Below the pieces are notes generated by a model that was not told where the DNA came from, did no database searches, and worked only from the letters and a program-made list of their open reading frames with translations. Positions 29,989 to 38,901 of a DNA stretch of 64,000 nucleotides are shown here, one piece after another (within the stretch, counting starts at the first letter, position 1; every line of letters begins with the position of its first letter). The DNA is taken from positions 213,566-277,565 of the forward strand of contig JAHPZH010000001.1 of the NCBI GenBank assembly GCA_019058315.1, given 5' to 3'. The position numbers and the translations under genes were made by a program. The stretch is from Candidatus Helarchaeota archaeon (GTDB lineage Archaea; Asgardarchaeota; Lokiarchaeia; Helarchaeales; RDOG01).

Positions 29989-30999
29989 TTATTTTGTTGC
30001 TTTAAAGATCCCAAATAACTCTTGATATTCTAAACTCATGTCGTTATTTTTAAACCAAGACTGAAGATTATTAAGGGTAGGGAATCCCTGCGATCCTAAT
30101 AAGCGTATAAATAAATCAATTTTATATATTCTTTTTGATATATTACTTTGCACTCCAAAAATTATCCCCCCTGGTTTCAACCAAGATTTCATATCTGCTA
30201 TTAATTTAGTCGGATCTTGAATCCAATGAATAACTTGTGAAGCGAAAATGGCATCATAATGGTTTTCGGGTGGATTTTTTTCCTTAAGGCTAAAATAATA
30301 AATTGGAAGTTCCAGAGTCTCATCCTCCTCCGCAATTTCCATCAAACCTTCAGAAACATCACAAGCTTCTATATTAAATTCGATTCCAATTTTATTTAAG
30401 TACTCGTAAAGTTGCCTTGTTCCATCTCCTGAACCACAGCCATAATCTAAAAATGTCAATGGTGGTTTCCGTTTCGTAACCCAAGTTTTTAAATTTGTTA
30501 GTTCAAATGCTTTTCGTCTTTGTAACCGATAAAATTCACCACGAAGTGCAATGTTCCATTGAATTCTTAATTCTCCTGCATCGAAATCGTCGATAGGTTT
30601 ATTTATCAAGCGATCTGAAATAGCTTTTTTAGTTGAATCTAAAAAAGTCGCAAAGGCATCTACAATTTCTGGAGATAGCTTCTTTTCTGTTTGTTCTATT
30701 ATATCTTTAGAAATCGGTTTAGATAACCATATTTTTTCCCCTAAATTTGTAATAAATTTATTATCTATTAGAATTGCAATTAATTCTTCAAAAAGTGGTT
30801 CATTAGAATACCCTTGTTCCTCTATTATTTGCTTAAAAGTTTTAGATTTCTCAGGAGAATCTAATGGCGATAATATTTTCCTAAAATGATCTGCCACTAA
30901 GGCATCCATATACATTCCTGCACTCTTGCTTAGCTTGACTAATTTTAAAAGTAATAAAGGATGTCTAAATAAAGTTGCAATTAACGACAATTTGCCCAA
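29989..30999 (-). CDS. Class I SAM-dependent methyltransferase with N-terminal helical/wHTH region
   Basis: FLDYGCGSG, ACDVS, YDAIFASQVIHW, LKPGG. Confidence 0.85.
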   Translation of the reverse strand: MGKLSLIATLFRHPLLLLKLVKLSKSAGMYMDALVADHFRKILSPLDSPEKSKTFKQIIEEQGYSNEPLFEELIAILIDNKFITNLGEKIWLSKPISKDIIEQTEKKLSPEIVDAFATFLDSTKKAISDRLINKPIDDFDAGELRIQWNIALRGEFYRLQRRKAFELTNLKTWVTKRKPPLTFLDYGCGSGDGTRQLYEYLNKIGIEFNIEACDVSEGLMEIAEEDETLELPIYYFSLKEKNPPENHYDAIFASQVIHWIQDPTKLIADMKSWLKPGGIIFGVQSNISKRIYKIDLFIRLLGSQGFPTLNNLQSWFKNNDMSLEYQELFGIFKATK

Positions 31000-31010
31000 A
31001 ATAATACACC

Positions 31011-31916
31011 TTATTCTTTAAAATTTATAAGAACACGAACTTTAAATTTTCTTATATTTTCAATCAAATTTAAGGGATCTTCTGAAGTATTAAAAATATC
31101 TAATAATGGTTTATCAACATTTTGCATAATTAAGTCAATAATTTCTGGAGAAAACAACTTTTGTGCTGATTTTAATAATTTGGTTTCAAATAAATAAGAA
31201 TTATTTAAATTTTGGATTAAAAATGAAAAAGTTTTTGAATATCGATTGACTTTCTCTGTAGGAGCTCGGGATTCAAAAATAACTATACCCCCTTCTGATT
31301 CATTTTTAATGAAAAAATAAATCTCATTCTTTTTATCAATTCGAATTTTTCTTTCATTTCGTGTCTCTGCTTCTTTAATCAATTTTAGTGCATCGAATTT
31401 ATTGGATGTAAAATCATAAAAAGTCTTATTAGTATTCTCATAAAGCACAAATCCTAATATAAATTGGGATTTGAGTGATTTTACTGGTCCAAAACGTTTC
31501 CATTCGAATTCTTTCAATAGTAAATCTAAATTTTCATGGAACGGATCAAATAGATCTACGTCTCCATTCCAATTTTCTATATCGTATCTTTCTTCGAAAA
31601 TTTCTCCAATTTTTATAGATAATTTTTCAAATTTCTTTTCAATATCATCAGGATCAATAATTAGAGCAACTATTATTCTTTTAGTTACTGAAGTTAAAAC
31701 TTTTTTATTATGAGTGTTAAATGTGGAGAGCTCACCAATTTTCAATTCTGCAGAGAGTTGTCTCAGGGCTATAAGCATCCCACTTAATAATACTGATTTG
31801 ATATCTGTTAAATCTTCTGATAGTTTCTTTTCAAACATCATAATGCCTGATTCTCGATTTACCAGTATAATGTAATGAATCATTTTTTCATCCAATTTTT
31901 CAATATTTTTATTCAT
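31011..31916 (-). CDS. Longin/roadblock-like domain protein with a second degenerate domain
   Basis: ILVNRESGIMMF...LLSGMLIALRQLSAEL...FEERYDIENWNGDVDLFDPF. Confidence 0.7.
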   Translation of the reverse strand: MNKNIEKLDEKMIHYIILVNRESGIMMFEKKLSEDLTDIKSVLLSGMLIALRQLSAELKIGELSTFNTHNKKVLTSVTKRIIVALIIDPDDIEKKFEKLSIKIGEIFEERYDIENWNGDVDLFDPFHENLDLLLKEFEWKRFGPVKSLKSQFILGFVLYENTNKTFYDFTSNKFDALKLIKEAETRNERKIRIDKKNEIYFFIKNESEGGIVIFESRAPTEKVNRYSKTFSFLIQNLNNSYLFETKLLKSAQKLFSPEIIDLIMQNVDKPLLDIFNTSEDPLNLIENIRKFKVRVLINFKE

Positions 31917-32091
31917 TTTAATTTTTTGTTTATAAACATATTACTAATGAAATTAAATATTTTAATTTTAAGGCAATTCAAAAAAATCTAATTCATAATT
32001 TTAGATTTAGAGAATCTATAAGGATTTATGTTGAAGCTTATATAACCTAATTGTAAGTTTAATAAACAAAAGAAAAAAATAAACAAGCGAT

Positions 32092-32529
32092 TTATCGAAT
32101 TTCCATTACATTGTAAGCATTCTTAAATCCGAATTTTTCGTAATAAGGTATTTGTTTTTGAGTTGCGTTGATTCTAATAATTTCAGCACCCATTGACTTG
32201 AGATATTCGATACTTTTTTCTACTAATTTAGATCCTATTCCTTGACCACGATAATCTGTATCCGCTATAACTTGGCGAATATAACCCTCTGCTTTCCCAA
32301 ATGGATCAATAATCAATTCTGCATAAATCATACCAGCAATTTTGTCCGTCACACTATCTTCAGCTATCAGTAGACCATGTTTTTGAAGTCTATCAAATAA
32401 ACGCCTTTTAATACCCCAATCAAATCGCTTCTCTTGGAATTCAACACCTTGAACTTCGCATAATTGGACCATTAATCTTCTCATTTCATCAATATCGGTT
32501 TTTTCTGCAGTTCTTACTTCAATAACCAT
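32092..32529 (-). CDS. GNAT-family N-acetyltransferase
   Basis: YRGQGIGSKLV, YYEKFGF. Confidence 0.9.
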   Translation of the reverse strand: MVIEVRTAEKTDIDEMRRLMVQLCEVQGVEFQEKRFDWGIKRRLFDRLQKHGLLIAEDSVTDKIAGMIYAELIIDPFGKAEGYIRQVIADTDYRGQGIGSKLVEKSIEYLKSMGAEIIRINATQKQIPYYEKFGFKNAYNVMEIR

Positions 32530-32624
32530 GAAATTTACGCTCCATAAAATTTCTGTTATTTTTTTTATATTATTCTAATATTTTATAAGATTTTTGTCAT
32601 CATATTTCACAATTAAAAAAATTT

Positions 32625-33542
32625 TTGAATGAAGATTCTTTGAATTATTTAAGAACTTTGGTGAAAGCCATGTATTTTAAATCAGAAGATGGTGCAAATC
32701 TTTTCTATGAAATTCAAGGGAAAAAAAACGGTAGACCACTAATCTTTTTGCATGGCTGGGGGGTAGGATCAGTATTTTTTAGTGAACAAATCCCTCCGCT
32801 CGTTAAAGAAGGATATAAAGTTATAACTATGGATGCCAGATCACATGGAAAGAGTGATAGAGATACAAAATACATGGAATTATATAAGGATCGCATGTTA
32901 GATCTTATGTATAAAGATTTTAAGAACTTTTTATACCACTTAGACTTAAAGGAAGAGTTTACTCTTATTGGTCATTCTGCTGGAGGGGGGATAAGCATCG
33001 CTTTTAGTAGTCTAACTGAATTAAAAGAAAAAATTGCATCTATAGTAATTATCAATTCTGGTTATACGATTTCGGAACATCCATCTGTTTTACTTTTATG
33101 GGAATTAGTTCCTCTCTTCGTTAATGTATTGTATAATCCATTATTACGAACAGGATATAAATTAGTCTTACGAAATGATGCAACTATTACTGCCTTGGCA
33201 TTAGCCCTTCAACAACCTCGTGAAAAGGTTAAAAGTTGGATAAACGATCTAATAAATATCCCAAAAGAGCAAATAATATTGGAATATCAAAATTTTAAAC
33301 GTTATAATCTGAAAGAACATTTGAAAGATATTAAGTGCCCCTCTTTAATTATTGGCGGTCAACTGGATATGGTAACTCCTGTTTATATGTCAAGACAGAT
33401 GGCAAAAGATATACCAAAATCAGAGTTATTTATTTTAAGAAACGCAGGACATTTTGCTATGCTTGAACAAGCTAAGCAAGTTAACAAAAAAATTCTTGAA
33501 TTCTTACGAGTACATTATCCTGCAAATGGTATATCTATTTAG
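32625..33542 (+). CDS. Alpha/beta hydrolase
   Basis: FLHGWG, DARSHGKS, GHSAGG nucleophile elbow, DMVTP, AGHF. True start may be ATG at 32670. Confidence 0.9.
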   Translation: MNEDSLNYLRTLVKAMYFKSEDGANLFYEIQGKKNGRPLIFLHGWGVGSVFFSEQIPPLVKEGYKVITMDARSHGKSDRDTKYMELYKDRMLDLMYKDFKNFLYHLDLKEEFTLIGHSAGGGISIAFSSLTELKEKIASIVIINSGYTISEHPSVLLLWELVPLFVNVLYNPLLRTGYKLVLRNDATITALALALQQPREKVKSWINDLINIPKEQIILEYQNFKRYNLKEHLKDIKCPSLIIGGQLDMVTPVYMSRQMAKDIPKSELFILRNAGHFAMLEQAKQVNKKILEFLRVHYPANGISI

Positions 33543-34161
33543 TTTTCTTTATTTTTCCCAGAGCTTCTTTAGCCGCATTTTTAACTCCATCATCTTGATC
33601 ATTAGTTGCGGTTTCTAGAACTTCGATATATTTTTCTATTTCCTGAGGAACTTGAGACCCAATCTCTCCCAAAGCATATGCTGAATAATATCTAACTATC
33701 CAAGACTCATCTGATTTTAATCTTTGTGCTAAGTAATCTAATGTTGATCCAGATAAAATAAGGTCTGGAGCCTTATGACCAATATCTCCCAAAGATTTAG
33801 CTGCAGATCCTCTTGCCCCTTCATGTTCATCTTTTATTAAGACTGAAACTATATTTGGGATAATGTCTTTTATTATGTGGGGGTTACTTGCACCAATTTT
33901 ACCAAATGCTTTTGTAATGGACTCTCGAACCCAACCATCTTTTTCATTAATTAAATGCATAGACATGGATTGAATAGTAGTAGAAAAAAGCTCCTCCGGG
34001 AGGGATATTTTACCTAATTCTCCTAAAATTTGAGCGGAATACGATCTGATACTCCAATCTGGATTAGATAAAGAAGCAAGTAATACTTCAATCGCTTTTT
34101 TAGTTTCACCTTCTGCTACTAATTCGATTGCCTTTCTGACTAGATTTTCTTCAGTAGGCAT
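33535..34161 (-). CDS. HEAT-repeat protein
   Basis: Repeated WxVR..AA.ALG.IG units. Confidence 0.88.
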   Translation of the reverse strand: MPTEENLVRKAIELVAEGETKKAIEVLLASLSNPDWSIRSYSAQILGELGKISLPEELFSTTIQSMSMHLINEKDGWVRESITKAFGKIGASNPHIIKDIIPNIVSVLIKDEHEGARGSAAKSLGDIGHKAPDLILSGSTLDYLAQRLKSDESWIVRYYSAYALGEIGSQVPQEIEKYIEVLETATNDQDDGVKNAAKEALGKIKKTK

Positions 34162-34337
34162 TTACCCAATCCCGTCACGATTTGTCCAATAAAATATTTT
34201 CTTTATTTACATTTCTTCATTATAATTAATTACAATTAAACTAATTATCATTCTTTATTAAATTTTATTTTTATATCTTATTTTATAAAAATCAAATGGA
34301 TATCATCTAAATAAAGATTTGTAATTTTAATAACTTA

Positions 34338-34499
34338 TTATACAATTTTAATTCGTTCTTTTTGACATTTAGAACATATCCAAGTTGTATCCTCCCCCTT
34401 TGGAAGTCTTTTTACCATTTTAACCCTTCCTACTTGCTTTTTTGGAAATTCTTGTTGACAAATTTTACAAATAAACGTAGCTTTGTGTTTTTTTGGCAT
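34338..34499 (-). CDS. 53-aa zinc-finger microprotein (CxxC...CxxC), absent from the ORF track
   Basis: Manual translation: MPKKHKATFICKICQQEFPKKQVGRVKMVKRLPKGEDTTWICSKCQKERIKIV*. ATG at 34499, TAA at 34338; GC content higher than the flanking intergenic DNA. Confidence 0.75.
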   Translation of the reverse strand: MPKKHKATFICKICQQEFPKKQVGRVKMVKRLPKGEDTTWICSKCQKERIKIV

Positions 34500-34705
34500 A
34501 TTAAGTCACTATTATTTTATTTATTCAGTATTATTTTAAAAATTCTTGTTTATAATAATTTAAATTAATTGGATTTTTTGTAATAATTCGTAATTAGTTT
34601 GTTAATTTTATAATACGAAAGATATTTATGTTGACTATTTTCTTTTTAAAATTAATGTTTTTAAATAATTATATTAATTTTTTTGGAAGATTGGACGAAT
34701 AAATT

Positions 34706-35440
34706 ATGAAAAGAAAATCAAAGAAAGCTATAAAAAGGATAATGCTTTGTTTAAGCGTATTTATGTTAACGGGATTATTTTTTAATATTGTTTTTAATAA
34801 TAATTTATCCTTTGGCTGTCATGATTTAAGTTTTCAAGGTATAGGGGGAACTTCTCTAGTTATTTTTGGAATAGGAATGAATAGTTTTTCAGATTTTTTT
34901 ACACCGACTGATCAGAGGTCTGAATTAGAACAAAATACGCGATTACGTATTTATAATTTAATCCTTGAGGATGAAGGTATTCATTTACGAGAGGTCTGTA
35001 GAAAATTAAATAAGAAAATGGGGGTAATTCAATATCATATTAATGTATTAGAAAAAGCAGGGTTAATTAATTCGTTAAAAGATGGAAGGTATAGACGCTT
35101 TTTCGTGAATAATAACCATAGTTCAGATTCCAAAAGAAATCTAATAATTTCTGTTATAAAAAGAGAGCCATCTTTCAAAATATTACAAACTCTTATTGAA
35201 AATAAAAAAGTATACCACAATGATTTGGCAACACTTTTAAAAATTAGTAGTCAAGCAATAACTTGGCACATTAAAAGACTACGAGGATATGAACTTATTG
35301 ATTATGAAAAAGAAGGAAAGCAAAAAGTCTATTATATTCGTCAAGATGTATTACCGCTTCTAAAATCGATTTTAGAGAATGCAAAGTCAGGAATTAGTGG
35401 GGGTTCCGCACCACTTACAGAAACGCCAACTGGGATCTAA
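34706..35440 (+). CDS. Tandem winged-HTH (ArsR-like) transcriptional regulator with N-terminal hydrophobic segment
   Basis: RLRIYNLI..EGIHLREVCRKL..KMGVIQYHINVLE and a second HTH LATLLKISSQAITWHIKRL; N-terminal TM/signal segment. Confidence 0.85.
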   Translation: MKRKSKKAIKRIMLCLSVFMLTGLFFNIVFNNNLSFGCHDLSFQGIGGTSLVIFGIGMNSFSDFFTPTDQRSELEQNTRLRIYNLILEDEGIHLREVCRKLNKKMGVIQYHINVLEKAGLINSLKDGRYRRFFVNNNHSSDSKRNLIISVIKREPSFKILQTLIENKKVYHNDLATLLKISSQAITWHIKRLRGYELIDYEKEGKQKVYYIRQDVLPLLKSILENAKSGISGGSAPLTETPTGI

Positions 35441-36082
35441 TAAAGTTCCACAATTTTTACATGTATTTTTCTCTTTAAACATATCTTCTTTTAATAAAAA
35501 GCCACACTTCTTACAAAAACGCCATTCTTTATTTATAACTTGTTGACAATTTGGACATCTGTTATAATCTTTTCCCTTTTTAATTATTTCATTTTCTTTT
35601 TGACTTGGAACACTATATTTTAACTTAATCATTTTACCCTCAATTTTAACATCTATTTCCGAAATTTTAGAGTACAATTGTTTGAAAGCATGTTGAATTT
35701 TTTTGAGTTCAACTGATTTAAAACCATCAAATTCGCGAGTTCGAAGAATTGAACCACAATTAGTACAAATATTCTCATTAAGTATTGACGAATCATTTAA
35801 ATGTTTTTGATGAAAAGGGAAACCACATTTTATGCATGATAAAGTCGGCTCATCATCTTCTAAACTTCGTTCGCATTTTGAACAAAGTAAATTTTTACTG
35901 GATTTTGACATTTGAATATCAAGCGACTTTAATTTGGCAAGATATTTTGCTTTAATAATTTTAAATAGATTAGGATCAATTTCTTTCATCTCCAGTTCCC
36001 TAGAAAGTATTTGTAATATATCTAAAATGATGTTACGTTCAACCATAATGTTAGAAAGAACTTCGAATTTTACATTATCCAT
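35387..36082 (-). CDS. RING-like zinc finger + double zinc ribbon protein
   Basis: CSKC..CIKCGFPFHQKHL..CTNC; C-terminal CPNC..WRFCKKCG..CKNCG..WRFCKWCG. ATG at 36082 (ORF track uses TTG 36124). Confidence 0.8.
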   Translation of the reverse strand: MDNVKFEVLSNIMVERNIILDILQILSRELEMKEIDPNLFKIIKAKYLAKLKSLDIQMSKSSKNLLCSKCERSLEDDEPTLSCIKCGFPFHQKHLNDSSILNENICTNCGSILRTREFDGFKSVELKKIQHAFKQLYSKISEIDVKIEGKMIKLKYSVPSQKENEIIKKGKDYNRCPNCQQVINKEWRFCKKCGFLLKEDMFKEKNTCKNCGTLLDPSWRFCKWCGTPTNS

Positions 36083-36178
36083 AAATATAACTGTCCAAAT
36101 TAGTATTAAATTGCATACTATCAATAAAAGTGAAAAATTAATAAAAAATTAAAAAATAAAATTAATCTTAGAGATAAT

Positions 36179-36709
36179 TTATTCTTCTTCTACAGCAATC
36201 CCTGGAAAATACCATCTTTTGCCGGTAACACGATCTTTATGTGCCACAGCGATATTTTTTTCTTCGAGTTTTTTTATTTCTTGCTCTGCTATTTCTGAGT
36301 TTAGATTACATGCCTTCATTATTTCCTCTAGATTAGTCCAGCCTTTTTCTGCAGCTAATTCGATGATAGAATTTTCAATTCCTGTTAATTCTAGAGGTGT
36401 AAATTCAATTAGTACTATTTTTTTCTTTGTTTTCTTTATTGAAATCAATTTTTGATCTTTTAACTTATCAATTGCTTCATTCATTTCTTCAATAGATACT
36501 TGATCGCTTTGCATCCTCTTTTTATTTACTTCTAAAAATAATTGAGCAAGATCCATAATCCCATGACTTATATCAGGGTTCTTTCCAATTTCTAAGATTT
36601 CGTTAGTTAAACGCTCAATATTTGCTTTTTCAATTTCTTTCTTGGATAATTTTTCCCCTACTTTGATTTTTTTACCGCCAATTTTAACGGTAATTTTTCT
36701 TTGTGACAA
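36179..36709 (-). CDS. ESCRT-II Vps22/Vps36-like (EAP30) tandem winged-helix protein
   Basis: LTNEILEI...GIMDLAQLF..V.KKR....VSIEEMNEAIDKLK...PLEL....IIELA..KGW...EEI......AEQEIKKL...IA.....WYFPGI is collinear with the SNF8/Vps22 pattern (aligned from memory). Confidence 0.8.
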   Translation of the reverse strand: MSQRKITVKIGGKKIKVGEKLSKKEIEKANIERLTNEILEIGKNPDISHGIMDLAQLFLEVNKKRMQSDQVSIEEMNEAIDKLKDQKLISIKKTKKKIVLIEFTPLELTGIENSIIELAAEKGWTNLEEIMKACNLNSEIAEQEIKKLEEKNIAVAHKDRVTGKRWYFPGIAVEEE

Positions 36710-36720
36710 ATTTGTTCTCC

Positions 36721-37749
36721 CTAATCTTCTCCTAATTCTTTTAATCTGTTTTTATATCTTGTCATCATTTTATCGTATCGTTCTTCAGAGATGGTTCCAT
36801 CTATGAGCTTTTCATCTAATTTTAACATTAATTCACGGATTTTTACAACTTCACTTGATTCAGTAGGTCTAGTTCTTGCTGTATCACTTTTGATAGGTCC
36901 CATTATATTAGCTAATACTTGTGAATCGTAAACAGTACCTATTCCGCCTCCTTTACGTCTTGCCAATTCCTGCATAGCTTTGATTTTTTCCATATCTAGC
37001 GCACTAATTCCTGCATCTTGGAGCATTTTATATCTCGTTATTTCCGCTTCTGCATCTGTTACAGAAACAACTTTTTGAGTATAGGCTTTTTCTATCTCAT
37101 CAGGAAGTTTAACACTTATTAAATTCAAATCAATAAATTTAATTCCAAATTCGTTAAACATCTCTCTGGATTTAACTCGTGCTATAGATTCAACAGTTTC
37201 TTTCTGGGTATACACTTCCATTGATCCCATTTTTGACAATGCAGAACCTAAAATTTCCATTATTTCATCTCTAACCCAATTTCGAATGTCACCTTCATAA
37301 TATTTAGGTTGACCTGCTACAAGATTGGTGAGAAATATTTTCGGATCTTCGATTTGAATCGTCACATTTCCATAAGAGCTCATAGGAATCCTATCACGGG
37401 ACATTATTTGCCCTTCAGGGATTCCAAATTTAATTTTTAAAAGGCCTAAATCGACAAAAGTATAATCTGAAACTATAAAGAATTTATCATCAACTTTATG
37501 TCTACCAGGCCCTAAGACATCATAAATTTTGCCGTCTCTATAATAAACACAAGCTTCTCCTTCTCGCACTAGGACATTTTTATCTCCTTTTGGGACCTCT
37601 TTTCCTTTTCGTCCACAGTAGAAACGTTTAATAATCTCCTTTCCTCTTCCTTTATCTTTTGATGGAGAAGTAACGTACATATCATCAAGTTCCGCTGGAG
37701 TATAGTCCTTTTCCCATCCTAATTTCCATTCTTTTCCCATTTTAATCAC
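36721..37749 (-). CDS. SPFH/Band-7 domain protein (YdjI-like) with C-terminal SHOCT-like helical hairpin
   Basis: LVREGEACVYYRDGKIYDVLGPGRH, KFG, YG..TIQIEDPKIFL.NLV, FGIKF..L...SVKLPDE; C-terminus LDEKLIDGTISEERYDKM. Confidence 0.85.
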   Translation of the reverse strand: MIKMGKEWKLGWEKDYTPAELDDMYVTSPSKDKGRGKEIIKRFYCGRKGKEVPKGDKNVLVREGEACVYYRDGKIYDVLGPGRHKVDDKFFIVSDYTFVDLGLLKIKFGIPEGQIMSRDRIPMSSYGNVTIQIEDPKIFLTNLVAGQPKYYEGDIRNWVRDEIMEILGSALSKMGSMEVYTQKETVESIARVKSREMFNEFGIKFIDLNLISVKLPDEIEKAYTQKVVSVTDAEAEITRYKMLQDAGISALDMEKIKAMQELARRKGGGIGTVYDSQVLANIMGPIKSDTARTRPTESSEVVKIRELMLKLDEKLIDGTISEERYDKMMTRYKNRLKELGED

Positions 37750-38246
37750 TCCATTTCTATTATTTGTTTAGTCCCGGAAACAATATCAATACGTTCCTGG
37801 TATTTTTCTCTAAAATCTCTCATTTTTTTTATGACTTCACGTACCTGTTCAGTTACATCTTCTTTGCTGAACGCCCTACTATTAATATCTGAAGTATAAT
37901 CTTTAAGATCTTGAGCCATAAGTATAATTTCAGAGTCACAAGCTATCATTGCCTCTAATAATTTCTCTTGGATTGATACTACGTTCCAACCGGGTGCGTA
38001 TCCATATTCTGCTGTTTTAATTTTTGTGATGTAATTGTGAATATCGCCCCTAGCTTTTTCAATAATTTTCATAAGATCTTTGTTACCTGCGTTAACTGCA
38101 CTTTCCAGTGTACTGACCATATTTTCTTCACTTTCTTTCAAGAGCCTTATTGCTTTTTCTCTAACGACCCTATCGGTTTCTCGGCGTTCTTCCTTTTTTT
38201 TATAGCCACGATATCCTGGCACTAACTTCATCATCTTTCCTAACAA
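37746..38246 (-). CDS. Conserved alpha-helical hypothetical protein (PGYxGY..ExRRExD family)
   Basis: VPGYRGYKKKEERRETDRVVRE and AEYGYAPGW; GGAG RBS; 4-bp GTGA overlap with the SPFH gene. Confidence 0.75.
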   Translation of the reverse strand: MLGKMMKLVPGYRGYKKKEERRETDRVVREKAIRLLKESEENMVSTLESAVNAGNKDLMKIIEKARGDIHNYITKIKTAEYGYAPGWNVVSIQEKLLEAMIACDSEIILMAQDLKDYTSDINSRAFSKEDVTEQVREVIKKMRDFREKYQERIDIVSGTKQIIEME

Positions 38247-38685
38247 ATTTAATTCTCCTTATTGATTAATTGATATTTTTGTTCTAATTTTCCTCATGTA
38301 AAATTATTTTTAATTTGTACGTAAATTGTTACTTAAAATATATAATTTTATGGAAAATGGTAATGTAAATCGCATTTTTTTTTATGTTTTTTAATTTTTT
38401 TTATGTATAATAAGAATTAATAAAATTGATTAACTTTTTTATATAATCCGAAGTTTAAAGAGATGTTTTTACTAATTCTTATTAATAAAAATAAGAGAAT
38501 GATTAATTAATTTAAATTCAAAAATACAAATCAACCAAATTGCTATTATTTTTATTAAAAATTATGAATTTTAAAATTCTAGATTTTGATTATTAATATT
38601 TAAATTAATATTCACTAAAGGAAAAATATATTATATAGAAAACTAAACAAATTTGTAAATATCATTTTTCACGGGTGACCTAATC

Positions 38686-38886
38686 ATGAGTAAAATAGTA
38701 GAAATTGAGAAAAGTACAACCACAGTTGATAAATTAAAAACTAAAACTTTTATCGTTTTTAAAACAAGAGAACTGGCAAGTTTCATGAAAAAAATTCATG
38801 ATTTAATATCTGCTAATGATACGGCAACTGCTAGCCAAATGATCATCCAATTCCTTCAAGGGTTAGCTCATAAAATAAAAGGTTAA
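38686..38886 (+). CDS. Small hypothetical protein (66 aa)
   Basis: GGTGA RBS before ATG; amphipathic helical C-terminus; lies in an otherwise very AT-rich gap. Confidence 0.65.
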   Translation: MSKIVEIEKSTTTVDKLKTKTFIVFKTRELASFMKKIHDLISANDTATASQMIIQFLQGLAHKIKG

Positions 38887-38901
38887 TTTGATTTCTTTTT
38901 C

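Noticed and set aside
34362-34568. 68-aa plus-strand ORF in the track
   Set aside because: Phe/Leu-rich antisense shadow of the minus-strand Zn-finger ORF 34338..34499.
38250-38680. Long AT-rich gap as a replication origin or ncRNA
   Set aside because: No ORB-like repeats, adjacent cdc6 or GC-rich stems seen; best explained as divergent promoters. Individual TATA boxes cannot be singled out in such AT-rich DNA.
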